64,000 nucleotides of DNA from Carpediemonas membranifera BICM. Taxonomy: Eukaryota; Protista; Fornicata. The translations under genes and the position numbers were made by a program. The notes beneath the pieces are model-generated. The model was not told the origin of the DNA. It did not search any database and saw only the letters and a list, made by a program, of their open reading frames with translations. Location: contig JAHDYR010000002.1 of the NCBI GenBank assembly GCA_019828565.1, forward strand, positions 372,001 to 436,000. The letters run 5' to 3'. Shown in pieces: positions 30,595 through 40,780 of the stretch. The number at the start of each line of letters is the position of its first letter. The first letter of the stretch is position 1.

Positions 30595-30888
30595 TCAGGC
30601 GAGGCGGGCATCGATCTCCTCGTCTGGAAGCACCATGCCGTTCAGCTTAGCAATCTCAGTATCAACATCGTTAATGCAGGCGTCCAGCTGCTGAAAAGGT
30701 TCCTGAACAACGATCGTCGAGAATGACTCGATCGCCGACTGACTTGGACCATTGCGATACCAGACCAGCCTTCAGCCCAGGACCTGACGCCCGTTAATGG
30801 TTTACTGCAATGCACGTCCTCCAACTATCGAATCGTGGCCTCATCGAGGATGACGACTCGAGAGATCAAGCGCCCTGCCTGTGTCTGC

Positions 30889-32727
30889 CTACTTCGCCTT
30901 ATGCGCCTGGTCGCCCCAGAAGACAGCGTTTGCCGTCTTCTTCCGCTTACAAGCGTCTGCCCGCATCCCCATCAGCCGGCCCATCATGGCGCCCATCGCA
31001 CCCAGCTCTCTCTCGTGGGTCAGGTCAACGATCATCTGCCGACGCCTACTCGCGCTAGGCCCGCCATCCTCCTCGTTTGCCGGCGTGGCTACGAGCTTGA
31101 ACCGCTTGCTGCCCCATATACTCGCGCACGTCTTCGCCTCATCGGGGTTGGGTAAAAGGTAGTCGTCCGCGTCAGTGTCGGTCGCAGTGGCCCCGCTGTC
31201 GGAGTATGCGAGGATGTCGGTGTCGGTGTCCGAGGCGGAGTCAGTATCGTCGTCAGTCGAGTCGACCGCGGCCAGTGTGACGAAAGGAGTCACGCACAGC
31301 TCCCGGTGCTTGCCCACGAGCCGCACCGTCTCGGCCTCGGGTCCTGTAGTCGCGCTGACAACATGTGCCCTCGCCTGACACCCACTGCTTGTCTTCTGCG
31401 TAGTTGTGCTAAACCGCACTGCAGGCTCCCGGCAACACGGGTAGACCCCCGTGTTGGTGCCGGGCTTGAACTCTGGTGCCATGGTGTGGTGTCTACAGTG
31501 GTCCAGGTGGGTCGCGGGAAAAGCTGCCCCACACACTGTACAATGTAACGGTCTGGTAAACGCCCAAGCGCGCCAATACGCCGCCTTCCAGGTGCCCAGT
31601 GACTCCTTGAGACCTGACATCCACTCGGATGGGAGGAACGCCGTGTCTGGGACATGGTCGGAAATGATGTCGCCGTGGAAGTCGACAAAGACCTTGGCCT
31701 TGGCGCACTTATACATGTCACGGTGCTCCTGACCGTAAATATCGCCGCAGAGCTGGCAGCGCTCAAGGGTGTGTGTTTTGATGTGGGACTTGGCGAAAAT
31801 CTCAAACAGTCGCTCCGAGAGCTTTCTTTTGGGATCCGAAAGGTCTGAAACTAGCTCTGGAGTCACAAGCTGAGCAATTCGAGTCACCAGGGTCAAACTG
31901 ATGCATGACAAGTCCAACGGCAGCTCGAGTACCGCCTGCAGGTGCTGGGCGATGAACTGGACGCATTCTGACACTAATCTGTCCATTTGGAGGAACTCTG
32001 CAGATATGGTGATTGATACGACTGATCTGACGTCTAGTTTGGGGTCTGTGGGCCCGACACAGTACTGTACAAGCCATTGGAATACAGAAACGTCGCAATG
32101 GACTGAAATATCGATGTCATCAAATGATGTGGAGTGCTGGCGCTGCAAGCAGTTGGCGAAGTACTTCATCTGCTCCACCAGGACCCGCTGAGGTAAGGTG
32201 AATTGCTTATCAACACCACGACCCTCGTCGTGAACATTGATTGTCACAGAAGGCTCCTCCTCCGGCTTCTCGGGCGGTGGGGTGGGTGACCTCGAGGCTA
32301 CGGGCGCCATAGTCGGCAGTGGTTCTGGAGGGAGGGAGGGAGCCTGGGTGGGGCCAGAGTTAGAGGTCATAAACGGACCCCGAGACCGGCTGTCGCGAGT
32401 TAGGTATCGGTTACCAGAGCTAGAGGGCGGGCGCTGTGTGGTTTGCTTGATCTGGCCGGTCTGGAGGTACTGACTGAACGGAAATTGGTTCGTAGTGATC
32501 CTATTTGACGGATTGCCGCTCTGAGGGCGTGATGTCTTGTGCGCAGTGTTATTTTTGTACAGGGTTTCATAGCGAATTGCACAGTCTCGTGGCGTAAAGC
32601 CAGGGACATAGGATGAAACGGTCGTCCAGAACAGCTGGTCAGATAACCCTTCCGTTCTGCGCTGACGCTCAGTCATTTTCACAGCATTGATAATTTTCAG
32701 GTCTAATTCACGGGTAAATAGTGGCAT
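30889..32727 (-). CDS. SANT- and BTB-domain protein (KIAA1841/SANBR, DUF3342-like)
   Basis: N-terminal SANT-like FWTTVSSYVPGFTPRDCAIRY. DUF3342/BTB signature INVHDE...MKYF...DIDISVHCDVSVFQWL...VVSITISAEFLQMDRLV. Cys/His-rich region GVYPCC. Confidence 0.8.
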   Translation of the reverse strand: MPLFTRELDLKIINAVKMTERQRRTEGLSDQLFWTTVSSYVPGFTPRDCAIRYETLYKNNTAHKTSRPQSGNPSNRITTNQFPFSQYLQTGQIKQTTQRPPSSSGNRYLTRDSRSRGPFMTSNSGPTQAPSLPPEPLPTMAPVASRSPTPPPEKPEEEPSVTINVHDEGRGVDKQFTLPQRVLVEQMKYFANCLQRQHSTSFDDIDISVHCDVSVFQWLVQYCVGPTDPKLDVRSVVSITISAEFLQMDRLVSECVQFIAQHLQAVLELPLDLSCISLTLVTRIAQLVTPELVSDLSDPKRKLSERLFEIFAKSHIKTHTLERCQLCGDIYGQEHRDMYKCAKAKVFVDFHGDIISDHVPDTAFLPSEWMSGLKESLGTWKAAYWRAWAFTRPLHCTVCGAAFPATHLDHCRHHTMAPEFKPGTNTGVYPCCREPAVRFSTTTQKTSSGCQARAHVVSATTGPEAETVRLVGKHRELCVTPFVTLAAVDSTDDDTDSASDTDTDILAYSDSGATATDTDADDYLLPNPDEAKTCASIWGSKRFKLVATPANEEDGGPSASRRRQMIVDLTHERELGAMGAMMGRLMGMRADACKRKKTANAVFWGDQAHKAK

Positions 32728-32876
32728 TATCGCTGTTCCTCCTCGTAACAGCGATTGAGAGCAGTTTCCAAAATGTGCAGTTTAGTGTCTCGACACAATT
32801 CGAGATCTCGGAGGCCATTTAAGAGGAATATGAGGCATCACCGCCCCAAGCATGTCTCAGCAACATTCTGTTTCGA

Positions 32877-32893
32877 TTTGCATAAACTGCACA
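32877..32893 (+). promoter_or_regulatory. Candidate cis-element TTTGCATAAACTGCACA, 26 nt upstream of the syntaxin ATG
   Basis: Identical to 25954-25970. Confidence 0.5.
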
Positions 32894-32919
32894 ACTCTAC
32901 GGGACAAAACCCGACCTGC

Positions 32920-33783
32920 ATGTCCTCCTCATTCCTAAGTACCGGAGCATCCGCTCAGTCTTATCAAACAGTAACTCCTCCATCTGGTAAGAAACCGATC
33001 AAGAAGGGACTTCCCGCTCGCTTTGAGGCTCTTCAGAAGGAAATCTCGAAGTCCATCGTTACCATCCAGCGTAACGCTACTAGCATCAGCCAGAATGCTG
33101 AATATGCCACTGACTCTGTCACTGAGGACGGCATCAAGTCAAACATCGCTCTCATCAAGAAGGTCACGGGGAGCCTGGAGCAAATGAAGGAGATGCTTCG
33201 CGGTGAGGCCGATATGGAGGTGTACAACCTCATGAACATTGCATACGAGCGCATGATGAAGACCCTACAGGATACTATCAAGCGGAACGACAAGTCTATG
33301 GAGGTTGCCGCCTCTATTGCTCAGAGAAAGCGGGCCCGCGCCGCTACCCAGCTCTCTCCGGCCAGTGACGCCACTCTAGAGAGGAGAGGGCTGCTCGATG
33401 AAGAGCGTGAGCAGGTATTCGAGGCGGTGGAGCTCGACATCGACCACCATGAGAACATCCTGCAGGAGTACCGCGCGGGCATCCGTCAGATTGAGAGCGA
33501 CATCCACGACATCGGCGAGCAGATGATCGACCTTGCACAGGGCATTGACGAGCAAGGTCAGCTTATCGACGACCTCGTCGACAACGTGGCGGTGGCTGAG
33601 ACCCATGTCGACAAGGGCCTCACCGCCCTCGAGAAGGCCAAGCGGCTCCAGAAGAAAGCCGGCAAGAAGGCTCTGATCCTTCTCCTGGTCATGATGTGCT
33701 CCGTTCTTATCCTAGTCGCCGTAGCTCTCGTGCTTCTTTTCATGAGCGGCGGAGGCGCCGTGCTTTTCCACTTCTTTTACTGA
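32920..33783 (+). CDS. Syntaxin (Qa-SNARE, probably endosomal STX7/12/SYP2-like)
   Basis: Likely ATG at 32920. Habc-like helices, SNARE motif IRQIESDIHDIGEQMIDLAQGIDEQGQLIDDLVDNV with central Q, and a C-terminal TM helix. Confidence 0.85.
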   Translation: MSSSFLSTGASAQSYQTVTPPSGKKPIKKGLPARFEALQKEISKSIVTIQRNATSISQNAEYATDSVTEDGIKSNIALIKKVTGSLEQMKEMLRGEADMEVYNLMNIAYERMMKTLQDTIKRNDKSMEVAASIAQRKRARAATQLSPASDATLERRGLLDEEREQVFEAVELDIDHHENILQEYRAGIRQIESDIHDIGEQMIDLAQGIDEQGQLIDDLVDNVAVAETHVDKGLTALEKAKRLQKKAGKKALILLLVMMCSVLILVAVALVLLFMSGGGAVLFHFFY

Positions 33784-34072
33784 AAACGGTAGAAAGTAAA
33801 TGGCTATCAGTTTATATAATGTGGGCGCGTGGAGGGGTGGGCTGTATTGACGTTGTTGTGCACTGTTGAGCTACAGTACCAAGTCCATCGCAGACCAAGC
33901 TGAGCGCGTCTGTTCGATAAAACAATGCTGGCGGTTGAAGTGAGGTACTACGTTAGTTACGCCCTACCTAATGTCAATCTCGAGATTATATCTGCACACC
34001 CACTTCTATCTTAGGATCTATTCCTGGTGGGATTGAGATTGTCTCCTGGCTAATTTGTCACTTGAGAAAGCA

Positions 34073-36106
34073 ATGAGCTCAATGCGTGCTCTGAGCGTTC
34101 TATTCCTTCTTTTACTTGCATCATTCTCTCTTCAAGCTTCAACAGCCACTCGTTCATGGACCGGTAACTACCACGTCCCAGATGGTTCGTCGTCTGGTGC
34201 TTATTTCGACTTTGTGGCCCCTTCTGGCATCACAGGCCTTGAGCAAGTCACTGTTCAGTTCCATACAACCTATGCGAGCGACGTGATCATCAAAGTCGTG
34301 AGCCCCAGCGGCTCCACGTCCACTCTCCGCAGCAGATCTGGCGGCTCCGCTGACATCCTCTCAACAACCGTCTTCTGCTACTCTGATGATGATTCCACGT
34401 GCCTTGAGCCCTATGGTTCTTCCCTCGGTTCCCTCGGTTCCTCTTCTGGCACATGGCATGTGTTTTTTGAAGACGCCGCGAGCCAGGACGACCTCTATGT
34501 CACCAACATCGTCCTCACCTTCGCCGTAGAGTTGCTCTGCGATCCCGGATACTACAGAAACGACGGCCTGTGCATTCCTGCCCCTGCCGGCTACTACGCC
34601 GACGGCAGTGACTCCTACCCTTGCAATGACGGCCACTACCAGCCCTCCTCTGGCCAGTCCAGCTGCCTGGTTGCCGCTGCGGGATACTATGTCCCCGCTG
34701 ACGGCCAGCCCCACACTTCCGCCACTCCATGCGCCGCCGGTTACTTTGCCAAGTACTCTGGCCTCAGTAGCTGCACCGCAACACCTGCCGGCTTCTACTC
34801 ACCCGGCACCACCAGTGGCCCCCTTCCTTGCAACTCCGGGAAGTACCAGCCCGACACTGCCGCGACGTCTTGCCTGACTTGCCCCGCCGAGACCTCTACA
34901 CCCTCTGGTACCCAGGGTTACTCGGAGTGCTTCGCGACCATGCCCCATGACGCCGTTATCTCTCCTTCCCAGTCACTCCTGGTGAACCCTTGGGTCGCGG
35001 GCGCGTCTGGGGTGACATCGGCGTCAATCACCACCGAGCACGGAAGCATCAACTGCTGGGTCAAGCCCCTCACCGCCTACAGCACCACCGCAGTCGCCCT
35101 GGTCCCCGTGATCGACTCTGAGGACAGCCTCGTCGACCTCGCTGGTACCCACAATGTCACTGTCAACCTCAACAACGGCGACGTCATTACTCAGCCCGTC
35201 ACTATCATCCCGAGTCTGGGGACCACCCAGCTCTCACTCCAGTGGCTAAGTCTCAATGCCAAGACTGACGGGTCCGTGTGCCTTTCGTCTAAGCCCGTCG
35301 GCACATCCATTGCCTCGCTCTCTTCCGTCGAGGCCAGCGCCACGACGGGAGCGTGTGTGTACAGCAGCACCACGGTCTCTACCGATTACATCAAGGACAC
35401 GCTCAACGTACACCTGGACACTGAGTTCGCCTACGACGATTCGTACGCGTGCTTTGTCCTCGACGGCGCCGACTTTGCCTCCAGCTCCTTCCGAGTGACG
35501 ATCTCCTCTGGCTCTTGGTCCACTGCGAGAGAGTGGACTGTCTATTCATTCGTCAGATCCGACGGTAACCTCTGCTTCCGGGTACCCGACCCTACTAACT
35601 CTGTCAACACTGATTCTACCGTGGGATACGTGGCATATGACACCAACACGGTGTCCCGCTACATGAAGCTGTATACCGCGAACGACGCCACCCTGGTCAC
35701 ATCCGAGGAGCTTTATATTTCATATGAGGATGATTATTATGACGACGGAAGCTACCTCCTCTTCTACTTCGTCTACGGGTTTTCCGTCGCTGTGTTCTGG
35801 GGTTGCTGCCTTTGCGGACCTTGCCTGCTTGTCATCTGCGCCGTCTGCCTCCCCACCACCATCATCGGTTGCTGCTGCACTGGCTTCGGCTTCTGCCGGA
35901 ACAAGCACGTTAAGCGCCTCAGCCCGATCCAGCGGAAGAAGAAGCAAGCGAATGTCAGGCCCACGACGTACTTGCCTTCCCAGTCGCTGTACCCCGCCTA
36001 CCCGAGCTATCCCCAGGGCCTTATGGTCGCCCCCGGCCCCGCGTCATACCCTGGTCAGCTGCCCCCCATCCCGGTGCCGCAGTACCCTGCGTACAGCCAG
36101 AACTAG
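34073..36106 (+). CDS. Cys-rich type I membrane protein (signal peptide, P-domain-like region, GCC2/GCC3-like repeats, Cys-rich TM, PY-rich tail)
   Basis: Hydrophobic N-terminus. HTTYASDVIIKVVSPSG...GTWHVFFEDAASQD resembles a proprotein convertase P-domain. CxxGxYQP..GQSSC repeats. TM segment is followed by multiple Cys. Confidence 0.75.
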   Translation: MSSMRALSVLFLLLLASFSLQASTATRSWTGNYHVPDGSSSGAYFDFVAPSGITGLEQVTVQFHTTYASDVIIKVVSPSGSTSTLRSRSGGSADILSTTVFCYSDDDSTCLEPYGSSLGSLGSSSGTWHVFFEDAASQDDLYVTNIVLTFAVELLCDPGYYRNDGLCIPAPAGYYADGSDSYPCNDGHYQPSSGQSSCLVAAAGYYVPADGQPHTSATPCAAGYFAKYSGLSSCTATPAGFYSPGTTSGPLPCNSGKYQPDTAATSCLTCPAETSTPSGTQGYSECFATMPHDAVISPSQSLLVNPWVAGASGVTSASITTEHGSINCWVKPLTAYSTTAVALVPVIDSEDSLVDLAGTHNVTVNLNNGDVITQPVTIIPSLGTTQLSLQWLSLNAKTDGSVCLSSKPVGTSIASLSSVEASATTGACVYSSTTVSTDYIKDTLNVHLDTEFAYDDSYACFVLDGADFASSSFRVTISSGSWSTAREWTVYSFVRSDGNLCFRVPDPTNSVNTDSTVGYVAYDTNTVSRYMKLYTANDATLVTSEELYISYEDDYYDDGSYLLFYFVYGFSVAVFWGCCLCGPCLLVICAVCLPTTIIGCCCTGFGFCRNKHVKRLSPIQRKKKQANVRPTTYLPSQSLYPAYPSYPQGLMVAPGPASYPGQLPPIPVPQYPAYSQN

Positions 36107-36371
36107 GCGCGTTGTCCACTATAAATACTACTAGATGGAACTCACTGGAATACTTTTTTTTGGTCGGGTGACTGGGCCTTCAGCAGCAGCGTTCCACGTC
36201 GGGTCTGAACGAGTCTCCGATCACAAGCTGAGTCGAGCCCATCAGACTTCAGAGTTGAGCACTCAGCTTGAAAGACCAAAGACTTCAAACAGTAGTCGTG
36301 TTGAACTGTGATTTATCGCTGAGAAGCAGACTCGGACCCGACTCAAGCTGGAGTCAATATCACTTTACAAT

Positions 36372-38032
36372 TCAGTCGACTCTTCGGCGCCCGGTCCACG
36401 GATCGACGTCGACGGTGACGATCATATGCACATCTGAACGAGGCGGCGCCTCGCAGTCTTCCATCTCAATAGCTTCATCCAAGTCTTTCAACGGCCTGAA
36501 CCACTGGCCGCACTTACAGAAGCTGCAACTGCTGAAAGCTGTCGCCTCGAAGGGGATAATGATGGGTTCAGCATCACACTTACAATAATGGCTCTTGCCC
36601 TCGGTGACCCAGATCAGAAAGGTATGGAAAGGTTTGCTGGATGCGAAGAACCCCTTGACCCTCTCAGGGAACCGGAGCGGGGTGGGTATGAGGCAGATGT
36701 CGTCCTTATTGTATCCAGGAAGCAGGCCCGACTTGGCGATATGCTTGAGAACCATCACAGCGAACAGCAGCTGGCGGCCGCTGAGGAATATGTTGAAGGA
36801 ATCTGACACGATCCGGTCAACCCTGAAGGGCAGGACCTCGAACCCATTCATCTCATCATGATCATTCCTGTGCCTGAGGCCCAGCTGACCATTGTTGTTG
36901 AACCCGCCGATCATCTGCCGATCGCCCATGGAGAGGATGGCAACTCTGCTACCCTGCATGATATGATCTGGGACAAAGCCAGGTGGCACAGCGACTGGGT
37001 GGAAGTGATACACGTTCTCCACCTTGACTGGGCCGACATATCTCTGAGCATTGAAGCCAGTCATGACAGTGCCGGCTGGGGTGAGGATGAACGTCTGATC
37101 TTCCTCCATCGACAAAGCAGTCACCATCCTGTGCTTCTCCCAGGGGGCAGGCTGGCCTCAAGTTCCGCGACCGCGGGGCAGGCGGGGAAGATGAGGCGGG
37201 TCAGGTCAACGAACTCGCGATATGATGACTCGAACCCCAGCTGACCATGTTTGTTCTCCCCCCAGCCCCACAGGCCCTTGGGCGTCCTGGCGATGTAGGT
37301 TGACCATTCGATACAGACTTCGAGGGCCCTGGGCATTCTGGCCCTAGTGAAGGAGGTGTCGTAATCATCAATGCAGAGCATGAAGAGTCGGCCCATGTAC
37401 ATGCGGTGGTGGTAGAATCTTTCTCGCCAATAGTATTGATTGCATTCGCCGTCCTTCTCGGCGACGTTCAGCGTGAAAAAGAACTTGCGGCAGAGGAACC
37501 AGAGGCACTTGCCCTCGGGGGTGAGAGCGTCGCGGATCTTGTGATGCATCTTGGTTTCGTCTGGCCACTCCTCTGGATACTCCTCCAGCACCCTGTCCTC
37601 GAGGTCTGGGTTGGCCCCGCCACCCAGCAGACACGCCCACACCGCGCCCTGGTTGAGCGTGTGCAGGGCGGCCGGGAGCTCCTGCCCCTCCGCGAGCTCG
37701 ACGTTCATGGACAGCGGGGGGCCGTGAGAGAGAAACGCGACAACCCTGTTGATAAAGGTGATGGCACTGCGATGGTGGAGGTCGAGGGCCAAGAGCGCGC
37801 TAGTCACCTCCTCGGCTGTGGCCTGATTTGCATCACCGTCTTCGTCCGGGAACTCCTCGCCGATCTCGCGAGTGAAGGCCTCTCGCATGAGAGTGGGAAT
37901 GTCGCCTGGCAAATCCGCATAGTCGCGCGACATGGCGGAATGCAGGCCACTCATTGCGTCACGCTGGACGTCGCTGCCACTCTTGGGCCCTGAGGAGCGC
38001 ATGGCCGCGAGGCGAGCGCGAGAGGTGTCCAT
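36372..38032 (-). pseudogene. Dispersed RCC1-like family, copy C5 (N-module type C; frameshifts)
   Basis: ORFs 37121-38032 and 36372-37127 are joined by G5 (C6 in copy C6) at 37143-37147. The 3' trailer (~36290-36390) is shared with C1. The leader 38033-38571 is shared with C6. Confidence 0.75.
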
Positions 38033-38662
38033 TCAGGCGAGGCGGGCATCGATCTCCTCGTCTGGAAGCACCATGCCGTTCAGCTTAGCAATCTCAGTAT
38101 CAACATCGTTAATGCAGGCGTCCAGCTGCTGAAAAGGTTCCTGAACAACGATCGTCGAGAATGACTCGATCGCCGACTGACTTGGACCATTGCGATACCA
38201 GACCAGCCTTCAGCCCAGGACCTGACGCCCGTTTATGGTTTACTGCGATGCACGTCCTCCAACTATCGTGGCCTCCTCGCGGGGATGACGAACGCAATAT
38301 CCAATTTATGATTGCTCGCGTAAAGGTTGAGATTGGTAGTGACGTCAGTGACACAGGTTAAATGACTCGAGAACGCGACAGAAGCTCGATCTCGCGGTCG
38401 CCCTTACAGAGGGCAACGACGGGCCTACCACGCCGCTAGTAGTGTGGGTCGAGTTTGCCCGCGCAGGTTGAGTGGTTGGGCTAGCCCTCGCTGATACCAC
38501 TGATGCTTCCCTTGCTCCTGGGTCTGCTAGGCCAGCGTTCACCCACAAAGAAGGATAGCTTTTATCAGGCGTCGCCCGGGGTTGACGTCGCCAAGAGAAC
38601 TCTCACCAGAGCTCAAATACCACAATCAAACCACCGAAACCTAATAATTTACTCCAGCCGCC

Positions 38663-40606
38663 TCACTTCCTCGCCCTCAAGTTCTTCACCGACCTCCTTG
38701 TCTCCCACTCCTCAAACTCGTCAGTCAACACACCTCTCACCCAAGTCATGAGAATCAACGCAATCATGCTCTCCTCCTCGACCTTGTCATCATCAAAATT
38801 AGCAATCAGATTCACCGCGATCTTGAGCCAGGACTTGTCAGGCTTCTTGTCTGGATTAAACTTGGCAGCTTGAATCACCATGCTTGAGCCAATCATTACA
38901 CGACAGGTTTCCCAGGATTTGACCTTCTTAGGGTTGCTGCCAAGTGTGATGAGGAACGACTGGACCACCTCGTGGACATATGGGGGTGGGATGTTGTACG
39001 TCTTCAGCTCTGCGAGCTTTTGGCGGTCGAGCTTGGCGAGTTGCTTGGCCAGCTTCTTGATGCGCTCCATCTTGGCGGCGAGGGCGGCGTCCTTTTCCCC
39101 CATCTTGAAACTTTGGGTCTTGGTTGTCGACTTGACTTTCTTCTCGGGCAACTTGGACCTTCTGGGAGCCTTGCCTCGTCTAGTGGGCTTGGACAAAGCT
39201 TTCCTGTACCCACTTACTTCTTCTTCTTCGTCGTCGTCATCATTTTCTTCTTCATCATCGTCGTCATCGTCCTTGTCGCTAACTTCAGCTTCGCTCTCGC
39301 TCTCCACGACAGGCTCGGGCGGGGGCTTCACTAGTCCCATATCATCCTTGTTCTCCCAAATGAGAGGGATGTCGTTATACGCCGACAACAATGTCTCGTC
39401 GGCTTCAAAATTAATCTGGCCAGATGTATCTGAACCCCAAACATAAATCACCCCATCATCGCATAAACACACAGTGTGCCCAGCCCCACATACCACCTTC
39501 ACAGCCTTACCCTCAGGCAGACCGTCAACCCGAGTAAAAGCTGGTACAACCGTTGGAGCTGTTTGACTGAGAGACCTCCTTTGGCCAGACATTGTTTGAA
39601 TCTGTGGTGACCTCAACTTCGAGGGACCTCCGCCGAGTGGTGACAAAAAGTTCGAGGGCCGCCTAACCTGCGGAGAAGCGAACATGAGAGACGCTGTGAG
39701 AGAAGCGGAGGAGCTTTGATCACCCACCCCGCACTGGTGGTTGGAGTTGTCGCCTGCGCTGTATACATGACCCTGATTGGTCAGGAGGACTGTAAAGTCG
39801 GCTCCGCAGGCTGCGCTGACTACTTGAACGTCGGCGCTGAAAAGGGCATCAACGAGGGCTGGTTCGCGACACTCGGTCCCCACTGCCCCGCACTGGCGCG
39901 ATGAGTTCAGACCAAAGGCGTAAACTGCTCCTGTGGACGTCACTACAACTGAATGATTGCCGCCTGCACCAACGAACGAGACGTCTGCGTCACCAAAGAA
40001 GTGTCCGTCAAGACACTGGGCTGGAAGGACGTATTCCTCTATTTCCACGCCGCACTGGCCGTACGTATTGTCTCCTTGGACCCAGACGCAGCCTCTGTCG
40101 TCCAGGGCGATGGTATGTTCATCGCCTGAATACGCCATGATTTGTACGACCCCGTCTGGGGTGATAACTGGCGGCTTATCCATTGAGCTATCGGTAGAGT
40201 GGCCAAAGACGAAGGTGCGGTCATCCTCAAGCGTGAGGGCCGTCATGTTGTCGTGAGCATGTATGTCGGCAACCAAGGAGCCGTGAAATTGGCCGCCGGC
40301 GTTCGCGCACATTGGCATGGCAATTGTCCGTGTGGCTGCATAGCTGCTCTCTAGTTCATTCAAGCTAAAGTCCTCTGAGGGGCGTATAGAATGTGTGGGG
40401 GAGCTGAGCGATGAAAGAGGGGACCTGACGGACGAAGCAAGGCCCGAGGACCGAGCTGTTGGTGTTATTGGAGACAATTGTGAGAATAGAGACGATCTTC
40501 GCCCCTCAAATTGGTGGGGCTTCAACATGTTGTTCGTTCGAGAAGGATATTCCTGGCTAAGCTGCACGGCGAATATCACGACAAAGAGGCTGCAGATCCC
40601 GGCCAT
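38663..40606 (-). CDS. RCC1-repeat protein with acidic linker and C-terminal dynein stalk-head (MTBD)-like domain; true start may be ATG 40528
   Basis: RCC1 repeats VWVQGDNTYGQCG, VYAFGLNSSRQCG, VYSAGDNSNHQCG, IYVWGSDTSGQ. D/E tract. LAELKTYNIPPPYVHEVVQSFLITLG...SWETCR...LMTWVRGV. Confidence 0.75.
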   Translation of the reverse strand: MAGICSLFVVIFAVQLSQEYPSRTNNMLKPHQFEGRRSSLFSQLSPITPTARSSGLASSVRSPLSSLSSPTHSIRPSEDFSLNELESSYAATRTIAMPMCANAGGQFHGSLVADIHAHDNMTALTLEDDRTFVFGHSTDSSMDKPPVITPDGVVQIMAYSGDEHTIALDDRGCVWVQGDNTYGQCGVEIEEYVLPAQCLDGHFFGDADVSFVGAGGNHSVVVTSTGAVYAFGLNSSRQCGAVGTECREPALVDALFSADVQVVSAACGADFTVLLTNQGHVYSAGDNSNHQCGVGDQSSSASLTASLMFASPQVRRPSNFLSPLGGGPSKLRSPQIQTMSGQRRSLSQTAPTVVPAFTRVDGLPEGKAVKVVCGAGHTVCLCDDGVIYVWGSDTSGQINFEADETLLSAYNDIPLIWENKDDMGLVKPPPEPVVESESEAEVSDKDDDDDDEEENDDDDEEEEVSGYRKALSKPTRRGKAPRRSKLPEKKVKSTTKTQSFKMGEKDAALAAKMERIKKLAKQLAKLDRQKLAELKTYNIPPPYVHEVVQSFLITLGSNPKKVKSWETCRVMIGSSMVIQAAKFNPDKKPDKSWLKIAVNLIANFDDDKVEEESMIALILMTWVRGVLTDEFEEWETRRSVKNLRARK

Positions 40607-40780
40607 AGTAGCTGATCAGAAGCTTACAGAAGAGTGTTACACAGCAATCACTCAACCATTGCCGACAGCATGATCCAATCATTCCATGCTCGTCACAGCT
40701 GTGTCGGTCCTCTTACCCAGCCAACGCTCCCCTCATGACTCCCGAATGCTCGCACAATCAAACCTTTACAAACACTACCA

